Origin: Candidatus Eiseniibacteriota bacterium
GTDB lineage: Bacteria > Eisenbacteria > RBG-16-71-46 > CAIMUX01 > JAHJDP01
DNA: 64,000 nucleotides
Assembly: GCA_018831195.1 (NCBI GenBank)
Contig: JAHJDP010000031.1
Coordinates: 7,151-71,150, forward strand
Reading direction: 5' to 3'
In this document: positions 1-8,835 of the stretch, in pieces
How the letters are laid out: each line of letters opens with the position of its first letter
Numbering within the stretch: the first letter of the stretch is position 1
The notes under the pieces: generated by a model
Databases searched by the model: none
Told to the model about the DNA's origin: nothing
What the model saw: only the letters and a program-made list of their open reading frames with translations
Position numbers and translations under genes: made by a program

Positions 1-766
1 CGAGCCAATTCTTTACCGTGTTATACGAGACCTTTAGATCTGTCACGAGGCTCGGAATTGATAAGGACGATCCCACCTTTGACGGCAACAAGGAGAAAAG
101 GATTTCCAAATCTTCAATGTTTCTGATATCTGTCAGATCCCGGATATCCTCCCGGATCAATTGCCTGTGATAAGTGTTTGTCCAGCGGCGGTATGTCGTC
201 ATCTTTGCCGCCAAATAGGGTTCCGGGAAGCCGCTGTAGGCGGCCAGCCGCTTCCATGTTGAATCAAAGGATGATGGATGGCTTTCACAGACCTGGACAG
301 GATTCTTTCTGAATTGAGCCAGTGTTCTATTCTGGCTGTGTAGCTCTGCAAGGGTGAGGGGCCACAGATGAAACAGGTAGTATCGACCTGCGAGCGAGTC
401 GCCCCCCCTCTGGTAGAGATCCAGCCGGCCGCTTCCCGAAACGAGGAAAAGATATTCATCATTGAATTTGTCGTATGCGCCCTTGAGATAGTTTTTCCAA
501 TCTTTGTATTTATGGATTTCGTCGAGAAGGATGAGGGGCTTCGAGTCATCACTCCGAACGATATTTTGGAAGAAGAAAGGATCCTCAATGAGTTTTTGCT
601 TGTCGGTTAGGATGTCCCAGTTGAAATAAATGCTGTTCGTAAACCTCTCAGCGATCAGTTGTGCCAAGGTGGTTTTCCCGCATTGTCGTGGACCGGCGAG
701 AAAGACCAGGCTCTTCTCAGCGGAAAGCTCATCCCAGATACGGCTATAAGGCTCTCGTCTAAGCAT
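1..766 (-). CDS. AAA+ ATPase of the DUF4143 / COG1373 type, 5'-partial at window edge (not in ORF track because it runs off the window)
   Basis: Manual translation of minus strand from ATG at 766: MLRREPYSRIWDELSAEKSLVFLAGPRQCGKTTLAQ (Walker A GPRQCGKTT), LILLDEIHKY (Walker B), continues without stop to position 1. Listed ORFs 199..588(-) and 368..610(+) are out-of-frame shadows. Confidence 0.8.
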   Translation of the reverse strand, partial: MLRREPYSRIWDELSAEKSLVFLAGPRQCGKTTLAQLIAERFTNSIYFNWDILTDKQKLIEDPFFFQNIVRSDDSKPLILLDEIHKYKDWKNYLKGAYDKFNDEYLFLVSGSGRLDLYQRGGDSLAGRYYLFHLWPLTLAELHSQNRTLAQFRKNPVQVCESHPSSFDSTWKRLAAYSGFPEPYLAAKMTTYRRWTNTYHRQLIREDIRDLTDIRNIEDLEILFSLLPSKVGSSLSIPSLVTDLKVSYNTVKNWL

Positions 767-780
767 GTGACAATAATGCA

Positions 781-905
781 ATGCACTGAAAAATAGTCAA
801 GTCTATATTTCAGTAGTGTGAAAAATGGGCGCGTCCATTTTTCAATGGACTGAAAAATAGACAGCTTTCGAAATATTATTAAAAGCTAGTCTTATATAGA
901 ATTAA
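781..905. promoter_or_regulatory. AT-rich upstream region of the ATPase gene containing a 24-nt near-perfect palindrome (820..843, GAAAAATGGGCGCGTCCATTTTTC) flanked by direct repeats ACTGAAAAATAG (784..796 and 848..860)
   Basis: Seen directly; AT-rich island in a GC-rich genome immediately 5' of the minus-strand ATPase start; palindrome has 2 symmetric mismatches. Confidence 0.35.
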
Positions 906-1731
906 TCCTACTTGATTCGCACGTCTCCTCCCAGTACTGCCATTTGGGCACCCCATATCCGGTGCCCAGATCGTCGGGCTCCAGGCCCAAGGTGTTGATG
1001 TGGGATGCGGTGGGAGAAGGTCCTCCACGCCCCAGGATCGTCGATCGAGAAATCCTCTGACGATGGCGTGGATTTACATTCCGGCAAACCCATACCCGCA
1101 AGCGCGGGAATTATAGCTGTCTTTCCTGAAGCTCTCCATCGGTCGCAATCTCCACCTTCGTTGCGGCACCAAACCTGCATTTTCACCAGCCCATGCATGT
1201 TGACGCGCTCGCGGGCCTGATGAAGGTGATGGTGATCTGTATCCCTGGGTCCGGCCGCCTCCGTAGGGAACCCACCTGATTAACGCCGATGTGCCTCTTT
1301 CCAGGTTCTTGCTGGATGCTGGCCTTACCGGGATTTCCGGTCGAGTTCGGGGAAGAGGTCTGCTCGGAAAGATGGTCGGAGGGCGTATTGTGTAAGGAAG
1401 ACAGCCCTGGCGGAGCGTTTGAGATGGGGTTTGTGGCGGGGACGGATCAGGGAAGGCTTACAAGGCGAGCTATCCGGCACCTTCGAGATCGGGTATCATC
1501 CTCTTGGTGGCTGGCGGGGGACAGCTCGGGCGTGAGGGGTGTTGAATGCTTATTGGCGAGATCGTCCGCGGCACTTTTGTCAACTTAGGTTGCAGCCAGC
1601 AGACAGAGTTTGTTCAACTTGCAGACCAGACCCGGAGGATGGCCAAGGTGCGAAAGAAATGGTGACTACAAGGCTCCCAGCACCTTCTGACAAGCCATCA
1701 ACGGGTCTGAAAAAACGCCGGGGCCACCCTC

Positions 1732-1956
1732 TCAACAACGTCGCCAGAGAATTCCAGGAACACTCGTTTGTTCTCCAACCGAATCAGGGCGCGGCGGGCA
1801 CCGTTCTCCATCGCAAACTTCAGCAGCCCCCTTGGGTCTCCCTAGTCCTCGACTCTTCCATCTCCAGTAGAGCCGGAATCCCCGGCGATGCCACCGGATG
1901 ACGGTTTCCGCTTCAACGAGCACTAGCGCCTTGCGCCAGTCGTTCCAGAAGCCCAA
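1732..1956 (-). pseudogene. N-terminal remnant of an IS481-like/integrase-type transposase (degraded); region 900..1960 otherwise holds only short overlapping ORFs
   Basis: ORF (TTG start) MGFWNDWRKALVLVEAETVIRWHRRGFRLYWRWKSRGLGRPK resembles the conserved N-terminus (..LVSPxTVLRWHRxLVRRRWxxKSR..GRPP..) of IS481-family transposases, then loses similarity and terminates after 74 aa; other frames downstream have stops. Confidence 0.35.
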
Positions 1957-1970
1957 GGCTTCCGGATTTT

Positions 1971-2582
1971 TCAGGTGGCAATAGTATCAGCCGGCGGTTC
2001 CTCCCCCAAATCCGGAAGCAAACTTCGATACAAACTCTCCAGCTCTTCAGTGCTCTCGGCTGGATGCAGGGATTTGTTCTCAACGACGCCGATCTTGAAC
2101 GAAGCCGCCGCACAATCCTTCCCCGCGCAGACCGTTGCATCCGCGCGGCGGATGCATTCCCGCTCCCAGCGCCGATAACGCCATCGGCCGAACAGCGAAC
2201 GATCCTGCTTCAACTCAGACCCGAGCAACGAATGTACAAGTATAGGATCCGGCAACCGTTTGACAACGCGGTTTCCCAGCAGGCCGGCCTGGTGCCCGTG
2301 GGTGTGTATCATCTCCGGCTGAAGCTGCGCCAGCAATCGAACAAGAAGCACTCCCGCCCAGATGCCGCGGAACGGGTGGGCGCCGCCGCTGAGTTCCTTC
2401 ATCCGAAAAAGCCGGTAGCCGCCCGATCGCGCCCGGGCCCACAGCGCGCTATCAGCATCACGATCCCCACCCGCGACCAGAACAATCTCGTGACCTCTTC
2501 CGTGCAGCTCCTCGCAGGTTTTCACGACCCGCTCCGCCGCCGCGCACGTCTCGAGATCTTTAACAATATGGCAGATCTTCAC
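1971..2582 (-). CDS. Glycosyltransferase family 4 N-terminal domain only (C-terminal catalytic half missing; truncated gene)
   Basis: GTG start overlapping upstream stop (GTGA); MKICHIVKDL...HGRGHEIVLVAGG... typical GT4 N-domain; ORF ends after 203 aa directly at the degraded IS-like region; no GT1-type C-domain (EX7E) present in any frame. Confidence 0.55.
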   Translation of the reverse strand: MKICHIVKDLETCAAAERVVKTCEELHGRGHEIVLVAGGDRDADSALWARARSGGYRLFRMKELSGGAHPFRGIWAGVLLVRLLAQLQPEMIHTHGHQAGLLGNRVVKRLPDPILVHSLLGSELKQDRSLFGRWRYRRWERECIRRADATVCAGKDCAAASFKIGVVENKSLHPAESTEELESLYRSLLPDLGEEPPADTIAT

Positions 2583-3559
2583 GGGCGATCCGCACCCTCT
2601 TCGGCGATTCTTAAAAACAACGGCATCAGCGCCGGATCGAGATTCCCGCCGGATAGAACGACGCCGATCTTTGAGCTCGCCGGCATCGGAACGGCGCCCG
2701 ACATCAACGCCGCCACGCCGACACAGCCCGATGGCTCCACGACCAGCTTCGCCCGCTGAAACAAAAAGAGCAACGCGCGCGCTATGGCGACATCCGTCAC
2801 TGTTAGAATTTGATCAACCCTTTCCCGGATCACTTCAAACGGTTTGACACCGAGACTATGCGGCCGCAATCCATCGGCGATCGTGTCAGGCTCAGCGATG
2901 GTGACACGCTCCCCTTTCTCCAACGATTGACGCGCGTCATCCGCCGCTTCCGGCTCAATCCCAAAGACACGGCATGCGGGTTTGAGGTGCTTGATCACCG
3001 TGGCGCATCCGGAGATCAATCCGCCGCCGCCGATCGGCACAAGTATGGCGTCCAACGCCGAAACCTGGTCTAGAAACTCGAGCGCGACGGTTCCCTGCCC
3101 CGCCATGATGCGCTCATCGTCAAAGGGCGGGAGCATGACGCGCCCCGTCTCATCGGCCAGTTTATAGGCGATGGCGGCCCGATCGCCGGAACGGCGGTCA
3201 TACGGATAGATCTCGCCGCCGTAACCGAGCACCGCCTCCCGCTTCGGGATCGGCGCATCGGAAGGCATGACGATGAGGGCGGTCGATCCGACCGTCTGAG
3301 CGGCCAGGGCGACACCTTGTGCGTGGTTCCCCGAGGAGTGCGAAATGATCCCCCGTTTCCGCTCTTCTTCGCTGAGGGTCAGGGCGGCGTTTGTCGAACC
3401 GCGGACTTTAAATGACCCACCCCGCTGCAAACCCTCCACCTTCAGCGAAACCTGATAGCCGACAAGGTCATCCAGAGCGCGGCAGGTGACCACCGGCGTC
3501 TTATGGATATATTTCCGGATCCGCTGATGAGCCGTCACAACATCTTGATACGCGAGCAT
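2579..3559 (-). CDS. PLP-dependent threonine/serine dehydratase (fold type II; catabolic type without ACT domain)
   Basis: SFKVRG lysine motif, GNHAQG, glycine-rich loop GGGGLISG; start chosen at MLAYQDV (longest ORF reaches 3610). Confidence 0.8.
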   Translation of the reverse strand: MLAYQDVVTAHQRIRKYIHKTPVVTCRALDDLVGYQVSLKVEGLQRGGSFKVRGSTNAALTLSEEERKRGIISHSSGNHAQGVALAAQTVGSTALIVMPSDAPIPKREAVLGYGGEIYPYDRRSGDRAAIAYKLADETGRVMLPPFDDERIMAGQGTVALEFLDQVSALDAILVPIGGGGLISGCATVIKHLKPACRVFGIEPEAADDARQSLEKGERVTIAEPDTIADGLRPHSLGVKPFEVIRERVDQILTVTDVAIARALLFLFQRAKLVVEPSGCVGVAALMSGAVPMPASSKIGVVLSGGNLDPALMPLFLRIAEEGADRP

Positions 3560-3774
3560 GCTGTCATCCCTCGAAGAGGTTTTGATCCCGATGGCGCGCA
3601 GAATTCCCAATCCGTCTTGGTGAACAGATTACACCAAGCCCAGCAGCGGGCCAAATGCCGGAGAATGGAATTTGCTGAGAAACAGCGCCGGGGGTGGAAA
3701 TGATCCTTGAGGAAGACCGTTTCATGCTCTTTATTTGCCTAGTCACGAGGATCGACCGCGGCCGGAGGATCAGG

Positions 3775-5493
3775 ATGAACCTTTCCACATTTAATGAGGA
3801 GAATCTCACGTTTGATTTAGGTCCCTATACCAAAGGGATCGGCGAGGTCCTCGATGATATGGCGGCGGAGGAGATACTTCCGAGGATCTGGTCTTTTGAT
3901 CATACGGTTTGGAAACCCGATCCCAGGGAGATCACCAACCGTTTAGGCTGGCTCCTCTCCCCCGCGGGAATGCGGGAAGCGATTCCCGGGATCAAGGATA
4001 CCATCGGGGATCTTCGGCGGGATGGGTGTACGCATGCCATCCTCATGGGGATGGGCGGCTCGTCGCTCGCCCCGGAAGTCTTCGGCAAGGTTTTTGGAAA
4101 TCATTCCCCGCTCTCGACCGTTCTCACCGTTGTGGATACGACCGATCCCGACGCCATACACCATGAGACAAAGTTGTACGATCCGGCGACAACCCTCTAT
4201 ATCGTCTCCACAAAATCGGGATCGACGGTTGAGACATTTTCACTCTTTAAACATTTCTGGCGGCACGCCGTCAAAAAGATCGGAACCGTCGCGGCGGGTG
4301 GACATTTCATAGCCATCACTGATCAAGGATCGATGCTCGAGGAGATGGCGACCCGACTCAAATTCCGGAGAATCTTTTTGAACGACCCGAACATCGGCGG
4401 GCGCTTTTCCGTCCTTTCACATTTTGGACTCGTTCCCGCGGCGATGGTCGGGGCTGATCCGGCCAAGCTATTGGACCGCGCCATCGATATGGCCCGGCAT
4501 TGCGGCGCCGACGGAGAGACGACGTTTAATCCAGGCGCCCGATTGGGCGCGGTCCTCGGTGAGCTGGCGCGCCTCGGCCGCGATAAGATGACCCTCCTCC
4601 TATCACCGGTTTTGGCGCCGTTCGGCGCCTGGGTTGAACAACTCATCGCTGAAAGCACCGGCAAAGACGGACGGGGAATCCTGCCGGTCGCCTGCGAACC
4701 GGCCGGACCGCCGGAAATGTATAGTGACGACCGTGTTTTTGTGGAAATGCGTCTCGAGCACGAGCTTTGTCCCGCCGGAGGGTATGAGAAAGCCCTGCGG
4801 GAAAAGCATCCCTGGATCCGCATCCTATTGAAGGATGAATATGATCTCGGCGCGCAGTTCTTTCTCTGGGAGATGGCGACGGCCGTCGCCGGACATTGCC
4901 TGGAGATTCAGCCATTCGATCAACCCGATGTGGAATCGGCGAAAATAGCGGCGCGGGAAATGGTCGACGCTTATATGAGGGAGGGCGCGCTGCCGCAATC
5001 GGAACCTCTTTTACAGGAAGAAGGCCTTCAGCTCTTTGGTGATGGTGAACCCTGCGGTGGATGGATCGAGCATCTGCGCGGGTTTTTGATGCAGAGTTCA
5101 CCGCATAGCTATATCGCTTTGCAGGCCTATCTTGAGCCGACCGGCAAGACAACACAGTTTCTGACCGACATTGCCGCACGCATACGCTCAAAATTCAATA
5201 TGACCGTTACGACCGGATACGGACCCCGCTATCTGCACTCCACCGGTCAGTTACACAAAGGAGACCGGGGAAACGGCCTTTTTGTGCAATTCACATCCGA
5301 CCCCCGTAAAGATGTCCCGATACCCGACGAAATAGGATCCGACGCCTCCTCAATTTCCTTCGGCGTTCTCAAGGCGGCGCAGGCCCTCGGCGACGGGGAA
5401 GCTCTTCGCAGGGCCGGGCGCAAGGTATTGCGTATCCACTTGGGAGATCGCCTCTTCGCCGGATTGGAAACGATTTTAAAAGGCCTGAGTTGA
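3775..5493 (+). CDS. pgi: Glucose-6-phosphate isomerase
   Basis: PGI signatures IGGRFSVLSHFG and EQLIAESTGK; SKSGSTVET; RBS GGAGGAT before ATG at 3775 (longest ORF starts 3694). Confidence 0.8.
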   Translation: MNLSTFNEENLTFDLGPYTKGIGEVLDDMAAEEILPRIWSFDHTVWKPDPREITNRLGWLLSPAGMREAIPGIKDTIGDLRRDGCTHAILMGMGGSSLAPEVFGKVFGNHSPLSTVLTVVDTTDPDAIHHETKLYDPATTLYIVSTKSGSTVETFSLFKHFWRHAVKKIGTVAAGGHFIAITDQGSMLEEMATRLKFRRIFLNDPNIGGRFSVLSHFGLVPAAMVGADPAKLLDRAIDMARHCGADGETTFNPGARLGAVLGELARLGRDKMTLLLSPVLAPFGAWVEQLIAESTGKDGRGILPVACEPAGPPEMYSDDRVFVEMRLEHELCPAGGYEKALREKHPWIRILLKDEYDLGAQFFLWEMATAVAGHCLEIQPFDQPDVESAKIAAREMVDAYMREGALPQSEPLLQEEGLQLFGDGEPCGGWIEHLRGFLMQSSPHSYIALQAYLEPTGKTTQFLTDIAARIRSKFNMTVTTGYGPRYLHSTGQLHKGDRGNGLFVQFTSDPRKDVPIPDEIGSDASSISFGVLKAAQALGDGEALRRAGRKVLRIHLGDRLFAGLETILKGLS

Positions 5494-5568
5494 GATAGCG
5501 CCGCGTTGAAAACCGAATGGAAGACCCGCGTTTGACGGCCTCACGGTTGACCGGCCGGCCGCCATGTG

Positions 5569-5610
5569 ATATCCTCCTTGCGTCTTCAAGGATATAAAAC
5601 TTTCCCATTT
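5569..5610 (+). terminator. Candidate hairpin downstream of pgi (stem ATATCCT/AGGATAT, 7 bp, 13-nt loop) followed by AAAACTTTCCCATTT
   Basis: Seen in sequence; T-tract interrupted, so weak. Confidence 0.25.
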
Positions 5611-5685
5611 CGTATTCGCAAAATTGAAGCTTGTTCCGGTTTCACCTGCTGTGTTGTGCAAGACCATGTCGACATGGAGGATCCT

Positions 5686-6411
5686 ATGAAAGCGGCAATC
5701 CCAATTTTGTTTCTCAGTATGCTGATTCCGGCGGCACTTACTATGGAAGCGGCCGGCGACGCCCTTGATTTGGGTTTCTCCACCAATACGATCCTTATCG
5801 AAAGCGAAACGGGCAGGGATTGTGAGCTTCCATTTGAGTATCTGATAAATGACGACGGGTCTTTCGAGAACGGATACGCCTGGTCCCATGACGGAGCCTT
5901 GGAGCCGTACTATGGGGCTTGGGCGGAGAGCTTCCCCCAGGGATGGGTCCGCAGTCTTGCCTTTTGGTTCACCCAGACCGGAGACTGGGCCGGCCAATCA
6001 TTGGATGCCTACATTTGGGAATATGATGCCGGGAACCCCGGCAATGTCCGCTGCCTGATTCCCGATCAAATCATAGACATGCCGGCTTACTGGCCTACAT
6101 TCTCAGCACATGAAGTTGAGGTTAATTGTGATACCGGCGATTTGCATTTCGCCGGATTTTGGGGAAACTGGCCGGATGAACAAAACGGGTGGTTTCTGGC
6201 GGCCGATGAAGACGGTCCCGGCGTAGGAGATCCAAGAACGAATATTTCCCCCCTTGCCACGGAATGGCCGCAGGGTTGGCACCACCCGAATATCCTGCCC
6301 CCCTTTGAAGAGTGTAAGAATCTCGGCATTCATGAGTGCTGGGTGGCGGGGGTCCACCCGACCGCCGCCAACCAAGCGACCTGGGGATCCATAAAATCGC
6401 TCTATCGTTGA
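5686..6411 (+). CDS. Secreted Cys-rich hypothetical protein ending in the TWGxIKxLY C-terminal tail
   Basis: RBS GGAGGAT; signal peptide MKAAIPILFLSMLIPAALTMEAAG; ends ...AANQATWGSIKSLYR; tail shared with three other proteins in window. Confidence 0.7.
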   Translation: MKAAIPILFLSMLIPAALTMEAAGDALDLGFSTNTILIESETGRDCELPFEYLINDDGSFENGYAWSHDGALEPYYGAWAESFPQGWVRSLAFWFTQTGDWAGQSLDAYIWEYDAGNPGNVRCLIPDQIIDMPAYWPTFSAHEVEVNCDTGDLHFAGFWGNWPDEQNGWFLAADEDGPGVGDPRTNISPLATEWPQGWHHPNILPPFEECKNLGIHECWVAGVHPTAANQATWGSIKSLYR

Positions 6412-6433
6412 GGTAAAACTCCTTGTTGGCCAC

Positions 6434-6457
6434 TATTTGCCCATATTTGGGCAAATA
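6434..6457. repeat. 24-nt perfect palindrome TATTTGCCCA-TATT-TGGGCAAATA in intergenic region, followed by further inverted repeats (GGTTGAG...CTCAACC nested hairpin ~6520..6580)
   Basis: Seen directly; 10-bp arms, 4-nt loop; no T-run after it. Confidence 0.5.
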
Positions 6458-6616
6458 TACAGCGTAATACCCACTATTCCTCTCGAATCAATTGACGATA
6501 CTCCTATATGGGAATAGGGTTGAGCTGTGAGTCCCCAGGGGGATCAGGCGTATCGATCTCAACCTCTGGGAAAGAGACCGTTATGAGGCCAAGCCAAAGG
6601 AACCGCCACCGGGACA

Positions 6617-6874
6617 ATGGAAGAAGACCTGGATCATCTGGCTTCAGCCCTGGGATGGCCGCGGGAGAAAATCCCCCGCCTCCTCGACGAAGTCCGAGCT
6701 CTTTATAACCAAACTCTCGAGGAATTCATCCGCAGCCGGCACTTAAAATACCGCCGGACAATGGGGCTTCATAATGAAGAGATATTTTCCCGGATTCAGA
6801 AGGATCTTGAGAACTGGCGCTTTCGGGCGCCGGATGTCTCGATCCGCAAAATCCGCCGGATGATTTACGGATAA
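6617..6874 (+). CDS. Small hypothetical protein (85 aa) immediately upstream of glmS
   Basis: Non-overlapped ORF, charged/helical composition; weak RBS; no recognisable family. Confidence 0.35.
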   Translation: MEEDLDHLASALGWPREKIPRLLDEVRALYNQTLEEFIRSRHLKYRRTMGLHNEEIFSRIQKDLENWRFRAPDVSIRKIRRMIYG

Positions 6875-6933
6875 CTGAATGACGGTTCAAGGCCGCGGCG
6901 GATCTCCTTCAGGCGGCCGGAAAGGAAGCAACA

Positions 6934-8778
6934 ATGTGCGGCATCGTCGGATATGTCGGGAATCGCCCGGCCCTTGGAATCCTCATAGAAGGTCTGAAGC
7001 GTCTTGAATACCGCGGCTACGATTCGGCGGGTGTTGCGATTATCCACCGCAAGCGCCTGAAGATCACGAAGCGCGCCGGCCGTGTTCATCAATTGGAGCC
7101 TTTTCTGAAACCATTGACGGACGGAACCGGCATCGCGCATACCCGGTGGGCGACACACGGCAAACCGACCGACATCAACTCCCATCCGCATACCGATCCC
7201 GAAAAGATCGTTGCGATTGTACATAACGGGGTTATCGAGAATTATCATCTCCTGAAAGAGAAACTTCAGCGCCAAGGCGCTCATTTTGAAACCGAGACCG
7301 ATACCGAAGTGATCGCGCATCTGATAGCCCACTTTTACAAAGCCTCGGGCCGCCGCGGCGACGCCGACGCGCTCGAGGAATCCGTTGGGAAGGCTCTCGC
7401 TCTTGTTGAAGGAACCTACGGCCTCGCCGTCATCGCGGCTGATTGCCCCGGACACATCATCGCGGCGCGGAACGGGAGTCCCTTGATTGTCGGTGTCGGC
7501 GAGCGCGGTATGTTCGTCGCCTCCGATGTCGGCGCGCTTGTCTCCTATACACGCCAGGTCTTTTTCCTCGAAGACCGCGAGATGGCTCATCTGACGCCCT
7601 CGACCTATCAGACACGGCACCTGGACCGGGGCAAGGTTGAAAAACCGATCGAGGAGATTCCCTGGGATCTCGAAGCGATCGAGAAGAAGGATTTTCCCGA
7701 TTTTATGTTAAAGGAGATTTTCGAGCAGCCCGAATCGATCACACGGTGTTTCCTGGGCCGCCTCGTTCCCGAATTCGGCACGGTGAAACTGGGCGGATTG
7801 TCCTGGTCGCGCGAAGAGGCATTAAATGTCAAACGCATACAAATCATTGGCTGCGGGACATCGTTTAATGCCGGCCTTGCCGCTTCCTATATTTTTGAGA
7901 ACCTGTCGCGAATTCCCTGCCGGGTCGATATCGCCAGCGAATACCGCTACCGGAATCCCGTGGTCGATCGAGAAACCTTTTACCTGGCCGTAAGCCAATC
8001 GGGTGAAACAGCCGACACACTCGCCGCTCTTCGCGAAATCAAGATCCGCGGCGGCAATGTCAGCGGGATCTGCAACGGCGTCGGCTCTTCCCTGGCCAGA
8101 GAGAGTGATGGCGGTGTCTATATCCATGCCGGACCGGAGGTGGCCGTCGCCTCAACAAAATGCTTTACCTCGGAATTGCTGGCCCTCGAGATGATCGCTA
8201 TCGATTTGGGCCGGATGCGGCACCTATCGCCCGAAGTCGGACGGAATCTCATCAATGAGATCAAAATCCTTCCCGACAAGATCCGCGGCTGTTTTGAACA
8301 AGCGGGCCGGATCGCCGCCCTTGCCAAACATCTCAGCAACACACACCATTTTCTCTTCCTGGGCAGGGGGCCGCACTATGCCGTCGCCCTTGAAGGCGCT
8401 CTTAAAATGAAAGAGCTGACCTATATCCCTTCCGAGGGATACTCGGCCGCAGAGATGAAACATGGTCCGAACGCCCTGATTGAAGAGGGCGTACCTGTCG
8501 TGGTGATCGCCGTGCGGGACGCTCTTTATGAAAAGGTGCTGGCAAATATACAAGAAGTGCGCGCGCGCGGCGGTACGGTGATCGCCATTGCCACCGCCGG
8601 CGACCAAGAGATTACCAAATACGCGGAAGAGGTTTTCTTCGTTCCCGAAACGATGGAGCCGTTCACTCCGATCCTGACCGTCATCCCGCTCCAACTGCTT
8701 GCCTACTATCTTGCCGTGGCGCTGGGACGCGATGTGGACAAGCCGCGCAATCTCGCAAAGAGTGTTACGGTGGAGTAG
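6934..8778 (+). CDS. glmS: Glutamine--fructose-6-phosphate aminotransferase (isomerising)
   Basis: N-terminal MCGIVGYVG Ntn-amidotransferase start, two SIS domains, C-terminal ...SVTVE; RBS GGAAAGGAAG. Confidence 0.95.
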   Translation: MCGIVGYVGNRPALGILIEGLKRLEYRGYDSAGVAIIHRKRLKITKRAGRVHQLEPFLKPLTDGTGIAHTRWATHGKPTDINSHPHTDPEKIVAIVHNGVIENYHLLKEKLQRQGAHFETETDTEVIAHLIAHFYKASGRRGDADALEESVGKALALVEGTYGLAVIAADCPGHIIAARNGSPLIVGVGERGMFVASDVGALVSYTRQVFFLEDREMAHLTPSTYQTRHLDRGKVEKPIEEIPWDLEAIEKKDFPDFMLKEIFEQPESITRCFLGRLVPEFGTVKLGGLSWSREEALNVKRIQIIGCGTSFNAGLAASYIFENLSRIPCRVDIASEYRYRNPVVDRETFYLAVSQSGETADTLAALREIKIRGGNVSGICNGVGSSLARESDGGVYIHAGPEVAVASTKCFTSELLALEMIAIDLGRMRHLSPEVGRNLINEIKILPDKIRGCFEQAGRIAALAKHLSNTHHFLFLGRGPHYAVALEGALKMKELTYIPSEGYSAAEMKHGPNALIEEGVPVVVIAVRDALYEKVLANIQEVRARGGTVIAIATAGDQEITKYAEEVFFVPETMEPFTPILTVIPLQLLAYYLAVALGRDVDKPRNLAKSVTVE

Positions 8779-8835
8779 TCAACCGGAGCCGTCGCCTGGA
8801 GTAGTAAACCGCAGGCGCCAATCGAGGAGGGATCG

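Noticed and set aside
199-610. ORFs 199..588(-) and 368..610(+)
   Set aside because: Out-of-frame overlaps of the DUF4143 ATPase gene. That gene is clearly real (Walker A/B motifs) but unlisted because it runs off the window.
908-1901. Short ORFs 908..1198(-), 1005..1220(+), 1289..1588(+) and 1539..1901(+) as real genes
   Set aside because: They are mutually overlapping in different frames, have no RBS or family resemblance, and are best explained as decayed DNA of the IS-like scar.
3694-3774. Longer N-terminus for pgi (MEMILEEDRFMLF...)
   Set aside because: It has no RBS and an odd hydrophobic/Arg composition. The ATG at 3775 has a GGAGGAT RBS and matches typical PGI N-termini.
6412-6933. 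glmS ribozyme upstream of glmS
   Set aside because: The conserved glmS ribozyme core sequences are absent, and a small ORF separates the structured region from glmS.
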